The position numbers and the translations under genes were made by a program. DNA of 64,000 bases from Pavona decussata (lineage: Eukaryota). The stretch covers positions 62,001 to 126,000 of the forward strand of contig CDRNST010000095.1 of the NCBI GenBank assembly GCA_977016875.1, read 5' to 3'. The notes under the pieces were generated by a model that did not search any database, was not told the DNA's origin, and saw nothing but the letters and a program-made list of their open reading frames with translations. Of this stretch, positions 21,976 through 34,217 are shown piece after piece. Within the stretch, counting starts at the first letter, position 1; the number at the start of each line of letters is the position of its first letter.

Positions 21976-23311
21976 CGTGTCACTGTTCCAATGAAATTCT
22001 CCATGGTCGAGTCACACCCCTCCCCTCCTCCCTTGGGTTATTATTCTGCCACACGGTCTGCGTGTCTGAAATTTAAATTGACCAATCAGAGCTCATGCAG
22101 TAGGCCAAAAGTCATTGACGTCAGCGCTCTCTGATTGGTTGTGTCGAACAGAAGAAATTAATTACATGAAGCCAGAAGATGTTTAGGAAAGTGTGTACAG
22201 TGGCGCGAAGAATTGTTCTCAGTTAGTCGACAATGAGATGTTACTATTTTTAGTAGAGCTATTAAATGACATATGAAAACTAGTTTCGACTGTCGCTCGT
22301 ATTCCTTTTTGCAGCATGTGGTGGAGATGTGTTCAACCAAACAACATATTTTTTTTTCTTTTTTTTTTTTACCCTTCCAGAAACGCAGGAGAGTGCAGTC
22401 CGAAGATTAGAGCTGAGTGTGCGCATGCGCTGAACCTGTACTTGATGTGGAATAAGACTCGCTTCCAGTTCACCTCCCTCTAGTGTGCTGGAGACTGGTG
22501 CAAGTTGTTCGGACGTGTACGTCACAGGATGCATCGACCTCGATGCCGTGTCACTGTAAAATGAAAACGAGGGCACTTGGAACTGAAGTAAACGCAGTTA
22601 ATTTCGTCATTGAACGGCAAATGAACAGAAAAGGGTTTTGGAATAAAATGATAGTCACTGAACCAGAAATACTGACGTTTTCAAGTTTTTTTAAAAACTT
22701 GAAAACAAGCATAAACAAACAAAACAAGCATATTTTTTTGTTATTTTGTGTGAGAATAATTTTCTATAAGGTAGCGCTTACGGGTCATGGGTTAACAACC
22801 AACCCTCATATTTCCGTCATATTAGTTTTCACTGATACATCTCTATGAATATTTCCAAAAGGTAATGGTTTTTAGGAGACAGGTAATGTCATCACACGTG
22901 ACCAGTATTTTTGAAAATTGAACGCATTTTTGAAATATACATGTCAGTTTTGAGCAAGTGAGATTTCAGAGTTCCCTTAGAAATTTCTCTAGTTTATTGA
23001 CGGTATAAAGCTGTGGATATTATTTACATTACAGCATCAAGTATTTAAAAAAAAAAAAAAAAACAGTTGTTTCCCAAGTATTTTGATTTTTTTTCAGTCA
23101 CTGCGTCCTTTTCGAAAAGATTTCCAGGGAAATCTTCAAGATTCCATCATTCAAATGCCGGTTATTAAAAAGAGGAATTCCGAATGTTTATTTCATCCTC
23201 AGAAATACTGGTCATGCGTGAATTACTGACTGTAATCGTTCCCAGAGCCCTCGTCCCGTTCCGCTGGACAAGGGTAACGAGGGCTCTGGGAACGAGATTT
23301 CATCGTCAGGG

Positions 23312-23529
23312 CAATCTCGTACCCAGAGTCTTCAGGCTTTTTGGTCAGCGGGGCAACGCCGGGAAGACTCTGGGGACATCGAAAAAATTCAATTTTTTTG
23401 ATTGGCTGTTCCGTAACGGTTTCCATTGTTTTACCGCAGAAATCCTGCGGTAATAAAATTCGATGTCCCCAGAGTCTTCCCGGCGTTGCCCCGCTGACCA
23501 AAAAGCCTGAAGACTCTGGGACGAGATTG
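23312..23529. mobile_element. Mutator-like foldback MITE
   Basis: Exact 9-bp TSD TCGTCAGGG; near-perfect ~70-bp inverted arms CAATCTCGT(A)CCCAGAGTCTTCAGGC... Confidence 0.85.
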
Positions 23530-23818
23530 TCGTCAGGGGTGTCCGATTTGGGGACGCCATATTGAATTTGCAGAGGTCAGTATCAAGGGCCTGCGCTCTG
23601 AGGTCTTGCTAGTGGAAGTCCTCATCGATCCGTACAATTTAAAGACTCTGTACGCGATTAAAATGACGTTTTGTTTCCAGTTTTGCATTGGTTGCTCGAA
23701 AATTGTGAACGAAATCCATCCTAAAGCTCTTCGTTGATATTTTGAAATTGTAGTTGTTATTTTTCTCTATCAACCACCAGGCCACGCTCGATTGACTCGG
23801 TAAAACCCGGTGCAGACT

Positions 23819-23864
23819 CAACCTCGTTCCCAGGGTTCTCTCTTCCTCCCTGGGAACGAGGTTG
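23819..23864. mobile_element. Tiny foldback MITE of the CAACCTCGTTCCCAG family
   Basis: CAACCTCGTTCCCAGGG...CCCTGGGAACGAGGTTG; flanks GTGCAGACT / GTGCAGTCG (7/9 TSD). Relatives at 23234-23299 and 26411-26508. Confidence 0.7.
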
Positions 23865-24030
23865 GTGCAGTCGTTTACCAAACCTCTATCATTTGGATGA
23901 CGTCTTTTACATGACCGCATTCCTATGAGGCGACAATAAAGGAATTGCACTGTTTTTTAATAGTTAAGAGGGAACTCTAGTCTATATTTAAGATTGATAG
24001 GGGCAGGGAGCAGCATTTAAGATTGAGCGG

Positions 24031-25003
24031 GGAGCATGGATGGTGCAGTGGTGAGAGCACTCGCCTCCCACCAATGTGGCCCAGGTTCGATTCCCCGACT
24101 CGGCTTCACATGTGGGTTGAGTTTGTTGTTGGTTCTCGTCCTTGCTTTCTCCAGGTACTCTAGTTTTCCCATCTCCTCAAAAACCAACATTTCTAAATTT
24201 CAATTCGATCTGGAAAGTCTCCCCAATTAAGGTTACCCGGGACCTTCAGAGGTGTCTTCAGAGGTGTCTCACATCCAAGCGATGTAGCGCGTCTGGTTTA
24301 AACTGTAGATACCTGAACCCTTATATCAAATTAAAGCTTATAGAGCTGGCTATTCAACTAAACCAAGAATTTTGAAATAAAATGAATTGCCGAATTTTTA
24401 GCGCTGTTTTCTCGAATACATTTTTTTCACTTGGAGGAGCCACTTCAAAGAGCTAAAACGCAAAAGGAATTTGTTCGTTTGCCTTCAAATTTGGACAGTA
24501 GCTAGTTTAACATATAAACAACAAAAACGTGTCTGCGTGTTTCTTTCGAAATATTTTTTCTCCGAGAGCGATTTTTGTACGATTACTCCACATTTTTTCC
24601 ATCCTTTTTCGAAAATGCTCTATAACGTTTCACTGCGATTGAATATGGCAAAACGCAGACACGTTTTTTTTAGCGCTTTGGGTCTGGAAACTGAGGAGCA
24701 AATTAAATTAGCAAAAAACAAAATTCACTTTGACTTGTAGCTTTAAAAAGGTGATTCGGACGCTCGCAATTAGAGGTCGTGAAAAATTCGACAATTTATT
24801 TTATTTCAAAGTTCTTGGTATGGTTTGATAGTCAGCTCTATAAGCTTTAATTTGATATAGGGGTTTAGGTATCTACAGTTTAAACTGGACGCGCTACATC
24901 GCTTAAACGCGAGACACCTCTGAAGGTCCCGGGTAACCTTAATGCTCTGCGCTAAATACGTACATTGACACTTAAATATAGTAATTTAGTTTGTTTTATT
25001 TTT
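24031..25003 (+). mobile_element. tRNA-derived SINE (V-domain-like core), split by the 24231-24938 insertion
   Basis: A box TGGTGCAGTGG, B box GGTTCGATTCC; core TTCTCCAGGTACTCTAGTTTTCCC; 3' tail resumes after 24942. Confidence 0.7.
24231..24938. mobile_element. TTAA-flanked non-autonomous DNA transposon (Kolobok-like GG...CC ends) inserted in a SINE
   Basis: TTAA at 24227-30 and 24939-42; TIR over 100 bp starting GGTTACCCGGGACCTTCAGAGGTGTCT. Confidence 0.8.
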
Positions 25004-25933
25004 AGAGTAACTTCATTGAATAAAACAGCATTTAATAACAACTTGTCAGTTAAGGCTTCCAAAGCAAACAAACCCTGTTTGTGTACTAGTCGTTCCTCAA
25101 GAATATATTCAGTTTAAGCTTTAAGACATAAGTTATAAGTTCCAACGTTATCGCATATTTGTGGGTTTCAATTATCCTTTTCGGCATACGCTCTATCACG
25201 AGTATTCATCGAAAAACTGTGCAAGGTTTTTGTGACAGAAGATCATTCGTCTATGCATTTTCTGTTCGCGAACTTTCTCTTGGTGTTTGAGGTTTTGATT
25301 CAAGAACTGAGATCTCGTTGAAAAATCTGAAGGTCGCCCGCAGTTTAACCTACAACCAGGCCAATTTTTAGCATCGCTCATCATTTTCCTCCTAATTTTG
25401 TTGCTCGCTATAATTTTCGTTTCCCGTTTCTCGTTTCCCGCGGGAATGGTTTACCAAGCGAACCGAATAATACGCCTGATCGCAGGTTACGCCCAGTTAG
25501 ATTGTTTGCCAAATAATTTTTTCGAAATTCGTGTGATTAATTTATCCTTCTTTCTTCCTGTCATGGCCCATTATCGCCTCATCGTCTTTCAAAGGTAAAT
25601 GAATTAGCCGTGCGGCGTCGTCCCACGTCTGCCTTGACGCGAAATCGAACGCTGATCATTGGGAAGATGCTGCAAGACGCCTGGCTCTCTTGCGCCTGGC
25701 CCTAAGCCTCTGAAAATATAGCTCGTTTCGCTTACTAGGCGCCCTGAGGCCTGAGAACGATGCTGCTTCTTTCGTTTTGAAGGAAAATTCTGTACACTGA
25801 AAACGAAAACTGATAACACGACTTACCTCAGTTAAATACAAGCCAATGCTACATAATTTTCTCTACAGTTTTACAATCTATCGAAATTTGCATCATATGT
25901 ACACTCTATTCCTTTTTGAAAATTCAACTCAGT

Positions 25934-26315
25934 TCAGTCTGTGAAACCAAACTGGTTTCCGCTCTCTGATCCACTTGAAACTTCTCCCGACCCTGATTCC
26001 TCAGTAGATCCTTCTCCGTCGATCAAATTACTCGCTTCAACCGGCCTCGGGTATTCCAGCATTCTTAGTGTGTGGACTGGCTCTATCTCGCACATGAACA
26101 CCATTGGTCCAATTGATGGGTTCACACACAATTCGTCGTTCCATTGCTTGGCCTTTTCGCTCTTCCAGATGTACATGTGACCGCAATTTTCGCCTCGTCC
26201 GTAGAAGTTGTTGGGTTCGCCAAGTGCCCAGTGAGTGTACAGTGGAGGGGAGGGGTCATTGATCCACGAGAAACTCTCATCCGAAGAGCCTCGCAATAAT
26301 CCAATCCACATGAAC
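25934..26315 (-). CDS. LamG/C-type lectin protein, last exon (C-half of CTLD with EPN/WND, acidic Ser-Gly tail)
   Basis: (R)FMWIGL...YTHWALGEPNNFYGRGENCGHM...QWNDELC...FMCE; stop TGA at 25934; total 585 aa. Confidence 0.88.
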
Positions 26316-27140
26316 CTTGGGAAGAAGATGGAAATACGGTGAAAAAATAAGTTAATCAATCCGAGTAAATACACGAGTCAAGCTCTCTACAACACCAGTG
26401 TTTAGGGAATATCGTTTCAAGAAGCTGCGTTCCTTTTGGTCAGCACCAAAGCAGTAAGTGTGGCCCCCGATAGTTTAAAACGTGCGCGGGTTCTGGGGAC
26501 GAGATTGGTGTTTCGGATTTTTGTTCTCCGCATGCGCAGCATGAAGTGATTTGAGGATCTGTTGTCAATTTATGTTCCAGGTCCCGCTGAAAAAAGGAAA
26601 GAATCCAGAACTCAACTTCATATTCCGTCCCCAAAATTTTTTAGTCTTCTGCTTCTTTTACTGAGTTGATTTTCGTTAATTTGCGGGAGACAAATGCTTT
26701 TAAAGCAGAAAAACAAAATTTACACCTCGGAAAAGGTTATTCGTCAGCATGACAGAGTTCGGTGTTCGAACGATCAAAATTACTTATATACATTACTTTG
26801 CAGAGAGAAGTAGGATGGACTTGCTGGGCAAAAAAGGAAGTAAAACTCACAGTTAGTTGCGCCAGATGTAGTATTCTTGTTGTTTTAGCTGACACTTTGA
26901 GAAATCTGCTAATAAAGTGTGTTTGTGTGAACTCTCTTGTCTACGCCCACAGGGAGTTGGTAAGAAGAAACGGTCGACAAAGAAACTGGGAGTACCGTGA
27001 CACTACTAATTTTAAAACAATAAAGAAATGTGGAAATAACGTATTTCAAGCCGTTGTATCTCTTCGCTTCCTTAATATGCCACTTTTTCGTAGGTCAACA
27101 TTTTCTTCAAAATGGCATTATTGTTGAAGTGTTTACCCAC

Positions 27141-27330
27141 CTTTCGCTGAAGGCTTTGGCACGAGCAAGTGCGTACACGAAGTGATTTTCCTCTGACGAC
27201 CCAATCTTCACCAGGTCTCCTCCGTGTTCCTGACAAACCTGTCTAGCCTGATTCCACTGGTTTGTCAACCGGTTAAACACCAGGTAACACGAAGAGCGAT
27301 ATCCCGTCCAACCTTGCGGACACTTGCCAA
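27141..27330 (-). CDS. LamG/C-type lectin protein, exon 4 (N-half of CTLD)
   Basis: (V)GKCPQGWTGYRSSCYLVFNRLTNQWNQARQVCQEHGGDLVKIGSSEENHFV; TAG acceptor, GTGGGT donor. Confidence 0.9.
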
Positions 27331-27619
27331 CTAGGAGAGATTAAAAATTTTCGAAAGTCAGCGCTGTGATGTCAGAGAGAGCATCTGCCGTCATGATCAA
27401 ATAATAAATCTGTGTTGTTTCAGTTCTTTCTGACAAGACAAGACTGTTACTAAAATTATAAACGTCCGATGAAGAAAATATTTTTCTGTTCCAGAGTTCC
27501 TTGTAAACAGGCCTGAAGTTCATCCATTTTATGAAAACTTTATACCATGTAAATGTTCGCCTCTGTTATTGTTTTGGTTATCTTAAAAAAAATAAATTAA
27601 TTAAAACTGTGTGGCGATC

Positions 27620-27866
27620 TTACAGTGCGACGCGCCTTACCGTGGCCACCCAACAAACTTTTTTTACAAGTTAGCCGATCAGGATATCTTCCTCCTTGTT
27701 AATAAGATACAAAACGACATATAAATTTTCAATAATTCGTTGTTGCGTCACTCGCCTGTTGGACTTTGCAAGGAGGCGTGACCGTTAATCAAATTCGCGT
27801 ATCCTGATTGGCTAACTTGAAAAAAAATTTGTTGGGCGGCCACCGGTAAGGCGCGTCGCACGGTAA
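27620..27866. mobile_element. MITE in lectin gene intron 3
   Basis: TIR TTAC(A/C)GTGCGACGCGCCTTACC...; inverted similarity extends inward. Confidence 0.7.
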
Positions 27867-28325
27867 CTTCTCGTTTTATGTTTAGACTTGAGAGACTTGA
27901 GAATGCGGTAGTCACCAGCAACGGTTGTCAGGTGAGAAAAGCCCTAGCTGAAAATAGAAATTGTGTGAATTGAGAAACTAAAAAATCGATCTCTTGCATT
28001 TGCAACGGAGTTTTGGTTTGAATCAAGTGGCCTTGTTTGTCTGTCTGGCCTTATCATCAAGGACTGTTGTTGTTGACATAGTCAGTCATGTTACGCACAG
28101 CAGCTTGTCTTACAGGAATACTCTTACTTAGCCAATCAAACTAGGCAGACTTTTGGTAAGTAGAGATCAGATGATCGCGTCATTGGGCGGTGACGTTATT
28201 TCTTTTTTTTTGTTATTTTTTAAACTTTTTTTTCGGTGACGTTGTTTCCTTGGCAGGTGATAAACGCGCTGAAAATCTGACAAACCCCACTATAAGACGA
28301 CCAAAAAAATATACCAAAAATAAAC

Positions 28326-28328
28326 AAA

Positions 28329-28371
<43 letters not shown>

Positions 28372-28373
28372 AT
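28326..28373. repeat. (AAAT)n microsatellite
   Basis: Direct reading. Confidence 0.95.
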
Positions 28374-28552
28374 AGAGTTCGTGCTATCCTAGTATTGGGC
28401 TGACAAAACCCAAAAATGCGATGTGGATGTGAGTTACTTGATTATCGGGGTCAGAAAGGCTCGTGTGGATTGAGCGGTATCAACTTATGGGTAGCTAGTC
28501 AGGCAGATTCATCCTTTTTGATAATCGTGAAATACAAATTAAAGTTATTTAC

Positions 28553-29200
28553 CTTGGATTGGTCCAGCCACAGCCTCGATCTCACTTTGAGTCAATGCCT
28601 TGTCGTAGACTTGCATCCGGGATATCCGTCCGTTGAAATAGTCCTCATCATTCAGCGCTCTCGCTCCCATCCTGGCGCTCTTGGAAGTAGACAGATGAAT
28701 CTTGGTGCCGATATCTCGCCCAATGCTCACCTTTCCGTCCACCCAGAGCTTTGCAACACCACTGGCGTGGTCATAAGACATTCCAACATAATTCCACGCA
28801 TTTCTTTTTAGCGGTACAGCGCTGACAAAACATGTCCTGCATCCGTCGTCTTGTTCAACGAATTTCGCGGCCAGGTGGTATTTCGAGTCGATCCACATAC
28901 TCACACCCCACCCCAGGGGGTTGTAGTTAAATATCGGCCCACCCCTTGACTTGACATATACCCAAGCCAGTAGCGTGATGGAGTCCTTCGCTCTCAATGC
29001 CCCCATGTTTGGAAACTCGATGTAACTGCTGCTTCTCCCGAAGAACTGGTACGAGCCATTGGCTTTTCCGTTTGGACCTGGGGCGAGTCGGACTCCTCGC
29101 GCAATGCCGTTGGGATTGCTTCTGCCGCTGACGTCCCAGGTTGTGAATTCGCCATTCAGAGGATACAGAGCGATTGGAACAGGCAAGCTCACAGGAGCAC
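28553..29200 (-). CDS. LamG/C-type lectin protein, exon 3 (LamG-like / concanavalin A-like domain)
   Basis: PIALYPLNG...GSYQFFG..SYIEF...SITLLAWV...WNYVGMSYD..SGVAKLWVDG...YFNGRISRMQVYDKALTQSEI, a typical LamG3/pentraxin-like pattern; 648 nt, phase 1-1. Confidence 0.88.
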
Positions 29201-29296
29201 CTAACAAGGGGTTGGTAAAGTTAGCTAACCAACTTCACTCACCCGCCATTACACAAATGTAAGTTAGCTTTTTCCTAAGCACACGTAACACATTAC

Positions 29297-29467
29297 CTGG
29301 TGTCGAAGGCTCAACTGAGTCCACCTCGATTACGTCTGGCTCTCGTTTCTCTGTAGGTTCTTGTTTTGTTACCATGGTAATCCTGCCAGTTTTGTTTGTC
29401 TTAAACTGATCATTGATATGTTGTGTAAACTGCGTGGTCCAGTTTGTGAGAATCCTGGTTAACATCG
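29297..29467 (-). CDS. LamG/C-type lectin protein, exon 2 (stalk)
   Basis: Acceptor tattttttatcag, donor CCAG|GTAATG; 171 nt, phase 1-1; (A)MLTRILTNW...EPSTP. Confidence 0.75.
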
Positions 29468-29547
29468 CTGATAAAAAATAGCAGAAAACAAGAGGTTCAG
29501 TTCAAAAAATCAGACATTATTATCCAACTCCGCTCGGTATCATTTAA

Positions 29548-29866
29548 AGGGGAAGTATCACGCAAATTTGCTGTCATTTCAAAACCCAAAAATGTTTGTC
29601 TGTCTGCAGAAGCGACGAAACAATTGTCAAGCTTGTTATAAATTTAATATCACCCCAGTGCAATAAAACTGTTGATTAGTGTCTCTGGCCAGAGACAGAG
29701 TGGATCGGAATGGATTGAAACTTGAAAAATGTTAGGCTAATGTTTTTCAGAATGCGCTAGAACAGATCACGAGTTGTTCCTTTCAAGAATTGAGTTGATT
29801 TCTTTTGTCTCGTCGTTCTAGAATTATTTGGCAGCCGATTGAAGGTCTCATTTCATCATTTTTAAC
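29548..29866 (+). mobile_element. Second copy of the 595-964 Kolobok-type MITE, right end not found
   Basis: TTAA|AGGGGAAGTATCA, then about 320 bp clearly alignable to 595-930. Confidence 0.75.
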
Positions 29867-32800
29867 ATTTTAAACAACGTGCGAAACCGACGAGTACGAA
29901 TTTTGAGGCGATATTAGTGTACACCAGATTGTACAGTAATAATCCGGATTGTTATCCTGAGGGCTCTCACCCTGTTTCAGTTTTTCAACATGGTTTTCTG
30001 TGCCGCTTATCAGAAAAACTTAAGTTGGAACAGTAATAAATTTCTTATTAGTTTGGTGTGGTGGACTCGTGAAAATGCAGCTGACAACTCCAAAAATATA
30101 CAGCAATACTACGCATCAAAACATCTATAATAAGAGACACGTATAATAACTTTCCGTTGGAGAGTTAACCGCGAAGTGAAAATCGGAAACTTTCATGAAA
30201 CCACCCATTGCATGCGGGTTTTTCAGAAGAATGGCGTCTTAAATAGCATGTAAAGGAAAGCTAAAATTGTATCCGGTCGGGGTGTTTTATCGTAAATGAA
30301 TTCTTAAGAACAAGTTGGCAATCGGAACTCATCGGAAATCATCTTTCATAAAGTGGACTCCTAGGCCTCGACCACAAACTCCCGCAAGTGGGTACTTGGC
30401 GGTTTTGTCGCTGCGTAAAAAGAAAAACGATAAAACTTAACTGGGGGTGACTGCACGCTAGCTAATTTTCAACACCATTTGCGATGAAGTTTTCAATGCT
30501 ACTGAAAGGTACAATTAACTCGTATCCGGCTGTGCAAAACCAATCTACCGCTAGTGGATGGAGCACCGCGGCAACGAGTGGCGACTTCGATTGTAGCCTT
30601 CATCACAGTTCCTGCCGAAAAATTGTGTTGATTTTGCCACCTTGTTTCAGGCACAACGCCAGAAATAGATATTCACTACACCCTCCTTTCAACCCTATAA
30701 TTACCACAGTCCGTGAAATGTGTTTGCAGTTGAAATCCTAAAGGGTGATAATTCAAATCAAAGCCACCGTGGTGCTGTTCTGAAGAACAAAGGGGCATTG
30801 ACTTTTTATTTTTTTGATAAATTCCAATCCTTAAGTGAGACCGTTTAAATGACAGCTACTGAGAAGTATTGGTTATTGTACCGCATGCAAAAGGTGGTAC
30901 TTAATTTTTGAGTTTGTTTTTAATCTTTGTAGCATAACCACGAATTGCAAAAATTAAAATGTTTGTATTTTCAACAGAGGGTCACAAAATAGGCTATGAA
31001 AAGAAAGAGCCAACCTGTTACAAACAGTACCAAAAACCTATCTGGGATATTCTTTTGTCTTTGGCTTGGCTCAATTTTCCAATATCTTTGAGGTATAAAA
31101 AAAAGGGCAGAGGAGTGTTAACTTCATGCTGGAGCCTTGATTTACCACCCTCCCCCTTTCCCCCATCAGAGAAAGTCATATCGGGGTGGACGGAGGTAAA
31201 TCATTGCAATCATAACAAAAGGACGGCAGGTTTACAACATTTTGCTGAAAGCTCCATATCATTTTAACTTTTATAAGAAGACCTTCCAACCATTTAGTCA
31301 GATATGGGTGCTCTTTTAATGGAGGGAGAAAAAAGCGGATAACGCGATTACAGGCCTTTGGAGAAAGTTTGCAGCCTGACGGTTTCAGGAGAATTTCTGA
31401 AGTGAAGACAATAAATTCCCCCACCCTCTCCCCTAAAACGAACGTTGCTTAGTGCCTTCGACATGCTATAAAGTGACCTATTTTTAGTACTACTCGTAAA
31501 AGCGAAGACAGAAATTCCAAAATAATGCTTCAGATTTGTTAAAGAATCTCGTCTAGTTTTCTCAAGTTACAAATGAGCCTTTTGTTACGTACGGCCTGGA
31601 TGGGAACCGCACTAATTTGTTTTAATTCTTCCGTTTGTCTTGATATAAAAATCGCTAAAAGCTGACATTTTTCCATCCCTTTGACTAAGAAAATCATTTG
31701 AGATCTTCTAAGAGCATTTCTTGGACAAGAAAAGGTGCTTAGTCTTGATTTCAGCGCAGTTCCTTGACCTCCTGACGAGGCCACTTTAAACTGTCCGACA
31801 AGGTGTACCCCAAGCTCATCGATTGGGTTTTAAGGTACAAAATTTCACAGTACACTTTAGATTTCGTGCCTGAACTGTCAGAACCGGAAGTGTATGTTTT
31901 CTTCACAGCGTTCGAGAAAACCACTCGATACCTTACGGCCTAAATATAGAAAGCGCTTTCACTGATGCTTACACTGCGGCGATAATGTAATAAATTATAA
32001 ATGGTTTAAATCCGCACGCTATTTGCCACAATTATTTCCTTCCGATCGATTTCGTGGTTGTGACATTTCCTTCCTATTTAAACCGCGCGAACTTTTTTGG
32101 ACTTTTGTTCCGGTCTCCGCGCTGCCGGAGTCGGCAATTTCTGGTGTGTTCCTGCTAATTTAGTATCTGTGAAACATTCTCGTGTGTGTTCATTAAAAGC
32201 TTTCACTATAGAGTTACTTGCTAGAGTCTGAGATGCAGTGTGTTATAACGTTTGAGTCTGTTAGGGAAAAATCGAAAAGTGTGACCATTCAAAAGTACTT
32301 TTCTGCGGTATTTATCATATCTCTCAAACTCATTTATGATTCATATTTAAAAGAGGAAACGTCACTACCGTGAAGGAGATTTGACCGATTCGATCTTATA
32401 AATTATCATAAATTTGGTAAACTTTTGCTTTGAATTTCTCCAAGATTTTTTGATAGCTTGAGAAGCTATATCGAACTCTCGAAAGAGTTTCTCATCCGAT
32501 TTCCAAGCTGACCTCGAAGTTGGCTTCAAAGACTCGGCTGCGCCTCGTTTTTCCAACCGACTTTTCGGTGTTTGGAAATCGGACGAAACACTCTTGCTCA
32601 TGTTTGGTATACAGTATTACGTACAAGGTGGATCTAACTTTGCGTCTGTCCAAAACAAGCTTTGCGATATCAGTTTGTCCAGCTTCATTCCAGCTTGCGT
32701 GATCGACGCTCCTACCGGGCTCGGGTTATAAATGTTTTTTAAAGGGGAACTCCGGTGTAAAAATGAAGTTATTTTGGATGTTTAGCCTTGGAACCATGTT

Positions 32801-33047
32801 TCAATTTTTGATAATTTTATTCACAAACAGTTTCTTGCAGCTCAGATAATTAACCTGAAAGACGACCAAAAAATGCAAATAGAGCGCCGCCATCTTGAAA
32901 ATAGATTGCATGCTCAGAGGTTGGTCAGCGTACCATTTTGTGACGTCAGATCGTCAAACGTAATTCGATATTTGCGCGTCTTCCAGTTGTGTACAGTATT
33001 TTTCATCGCAAAGATTTACAGTTTATCCTTCCAAAATCGCTGCTGTA

Positions 33048-34217
33048 ATGTCTGTTTCTGGGTCGGACTCTGATAATTTCGACGAGGAAAAAGCTTTCCC
33101 ATAAAGCCTTACCAATATGAACCGGGAGTGAACTCGGAAGATGCGAACAACAACCCTGAAGGCGGTTCAGGCGATGAGTCGATGGGAAGCGACAAAGAAG
33201 CAAACCCTCGACTGCAAAATTCATACTGGTATGTAGTGTGTAGGCTCTTGGTTTATTGTAATATCTCCACAGGCATTGACTTGCCGATTCAGGACAGAAA
33301 TAAAGTTGTATTAACACAACTGTGGCATTCAATCATCTTTGTTTACGCATTTTCTTTTCTGAGTGTCGTCGATCCAAATTCAGTTCGACTTCACAAAATA
33401 GCAAACACGCGGAATAAATTTGTTTGCAATCTGTTTATGGGGAAATTCGTTCGTGAGGCTGTACAAGCTTCTCTAGCCGCTTGGATGTTCTATCGATTTC
33501 ACCGCTTTACAGGCCGGCGTAGTTCCGTTTATTTTAAAACTTCCACCAGCACAAAGGAAAATATAAATTTATAAGTCTCTAGCATACGATCAGGATTTTC
33601 TTACTCAGTCAGGGCATCAATTCGGACTTTGCTACTGTGGAATACTTTAAAAATAGAAGAAGACTTGTTTTGCAATAGTTGCTATGTTTCGTTGTTATTT
33701 CAATTCACTGTCATTACGTTTCTCTACAATTCAATATAAATCGCTCGTATGTTGTTTACATAAGTTATGTAGTGAAAATGATATTTCAGAGCTTATGTGG
33801 TGTGCATGTGAGAATTACCAGATAATGGGAAGAGCGGAGGCTTGCAAATGTTGCCAATAAATCGAGCAAGTAAAAAGTAAACTGACTGAGGCTGTTACTT
33901 GTGGCGAATGCAATGAAGAACCCACATGCATTACCCAGCACCCTGGGTTTCATCCAGTACGTAGTAATAGATGGGTTCTGCAGACAGCGTGGTTTCAGTA
34001 TAAACAGCAAAATAAAGATCCTTATGAAGGGCCAGAACACAAACTTTTCAGACACATTGCTTACAGGCAGTTGGCCAGATGGTGCTGGGGAATTTTAGGA
34101 AAAGAAATTGGGGTTGTCCTGCCATCCTGTGCGGTTATGTGTATTAAGAGGTTCCATCCTCCACCTGGGCCATAGGAAGAGTTTGCATTTGAAGGCTTCC
34201 CTTATGCGGATGAATGA
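33048..34217 (+). pseudogene. Decayed two-exon P2X7 C-terminal ballast-like (KolX/nanor-like) Cys-rich gene within the transposon
   Basis: Exon A about 33048-33228 (PIKPYQYEP...RLQNSYW, frameshifted); exon B about 33800-34217: WCACENYQIM..ACKCCQ*...CITQHPGF..VLQTAW...LFRHIAYRQLARWCWGILG..VVLPSCAVMCIKRFHP..*..FEGF; two in-frame stops and a mutated acceptor. Confidence 0.8.

Noticed and set aside
23184-23565. Overlapping ORFs on both strands with identical starts (MVSGATPGRLWGHR)
   Set aside because: Artefact of the palindromic MITE.
33048-34217. P2X7 purinoceptor gene
   Set aside because: Only the ballast-like domain is present, with no P2X channel exons; it has stops and a frameshift and lies inside TIRs.
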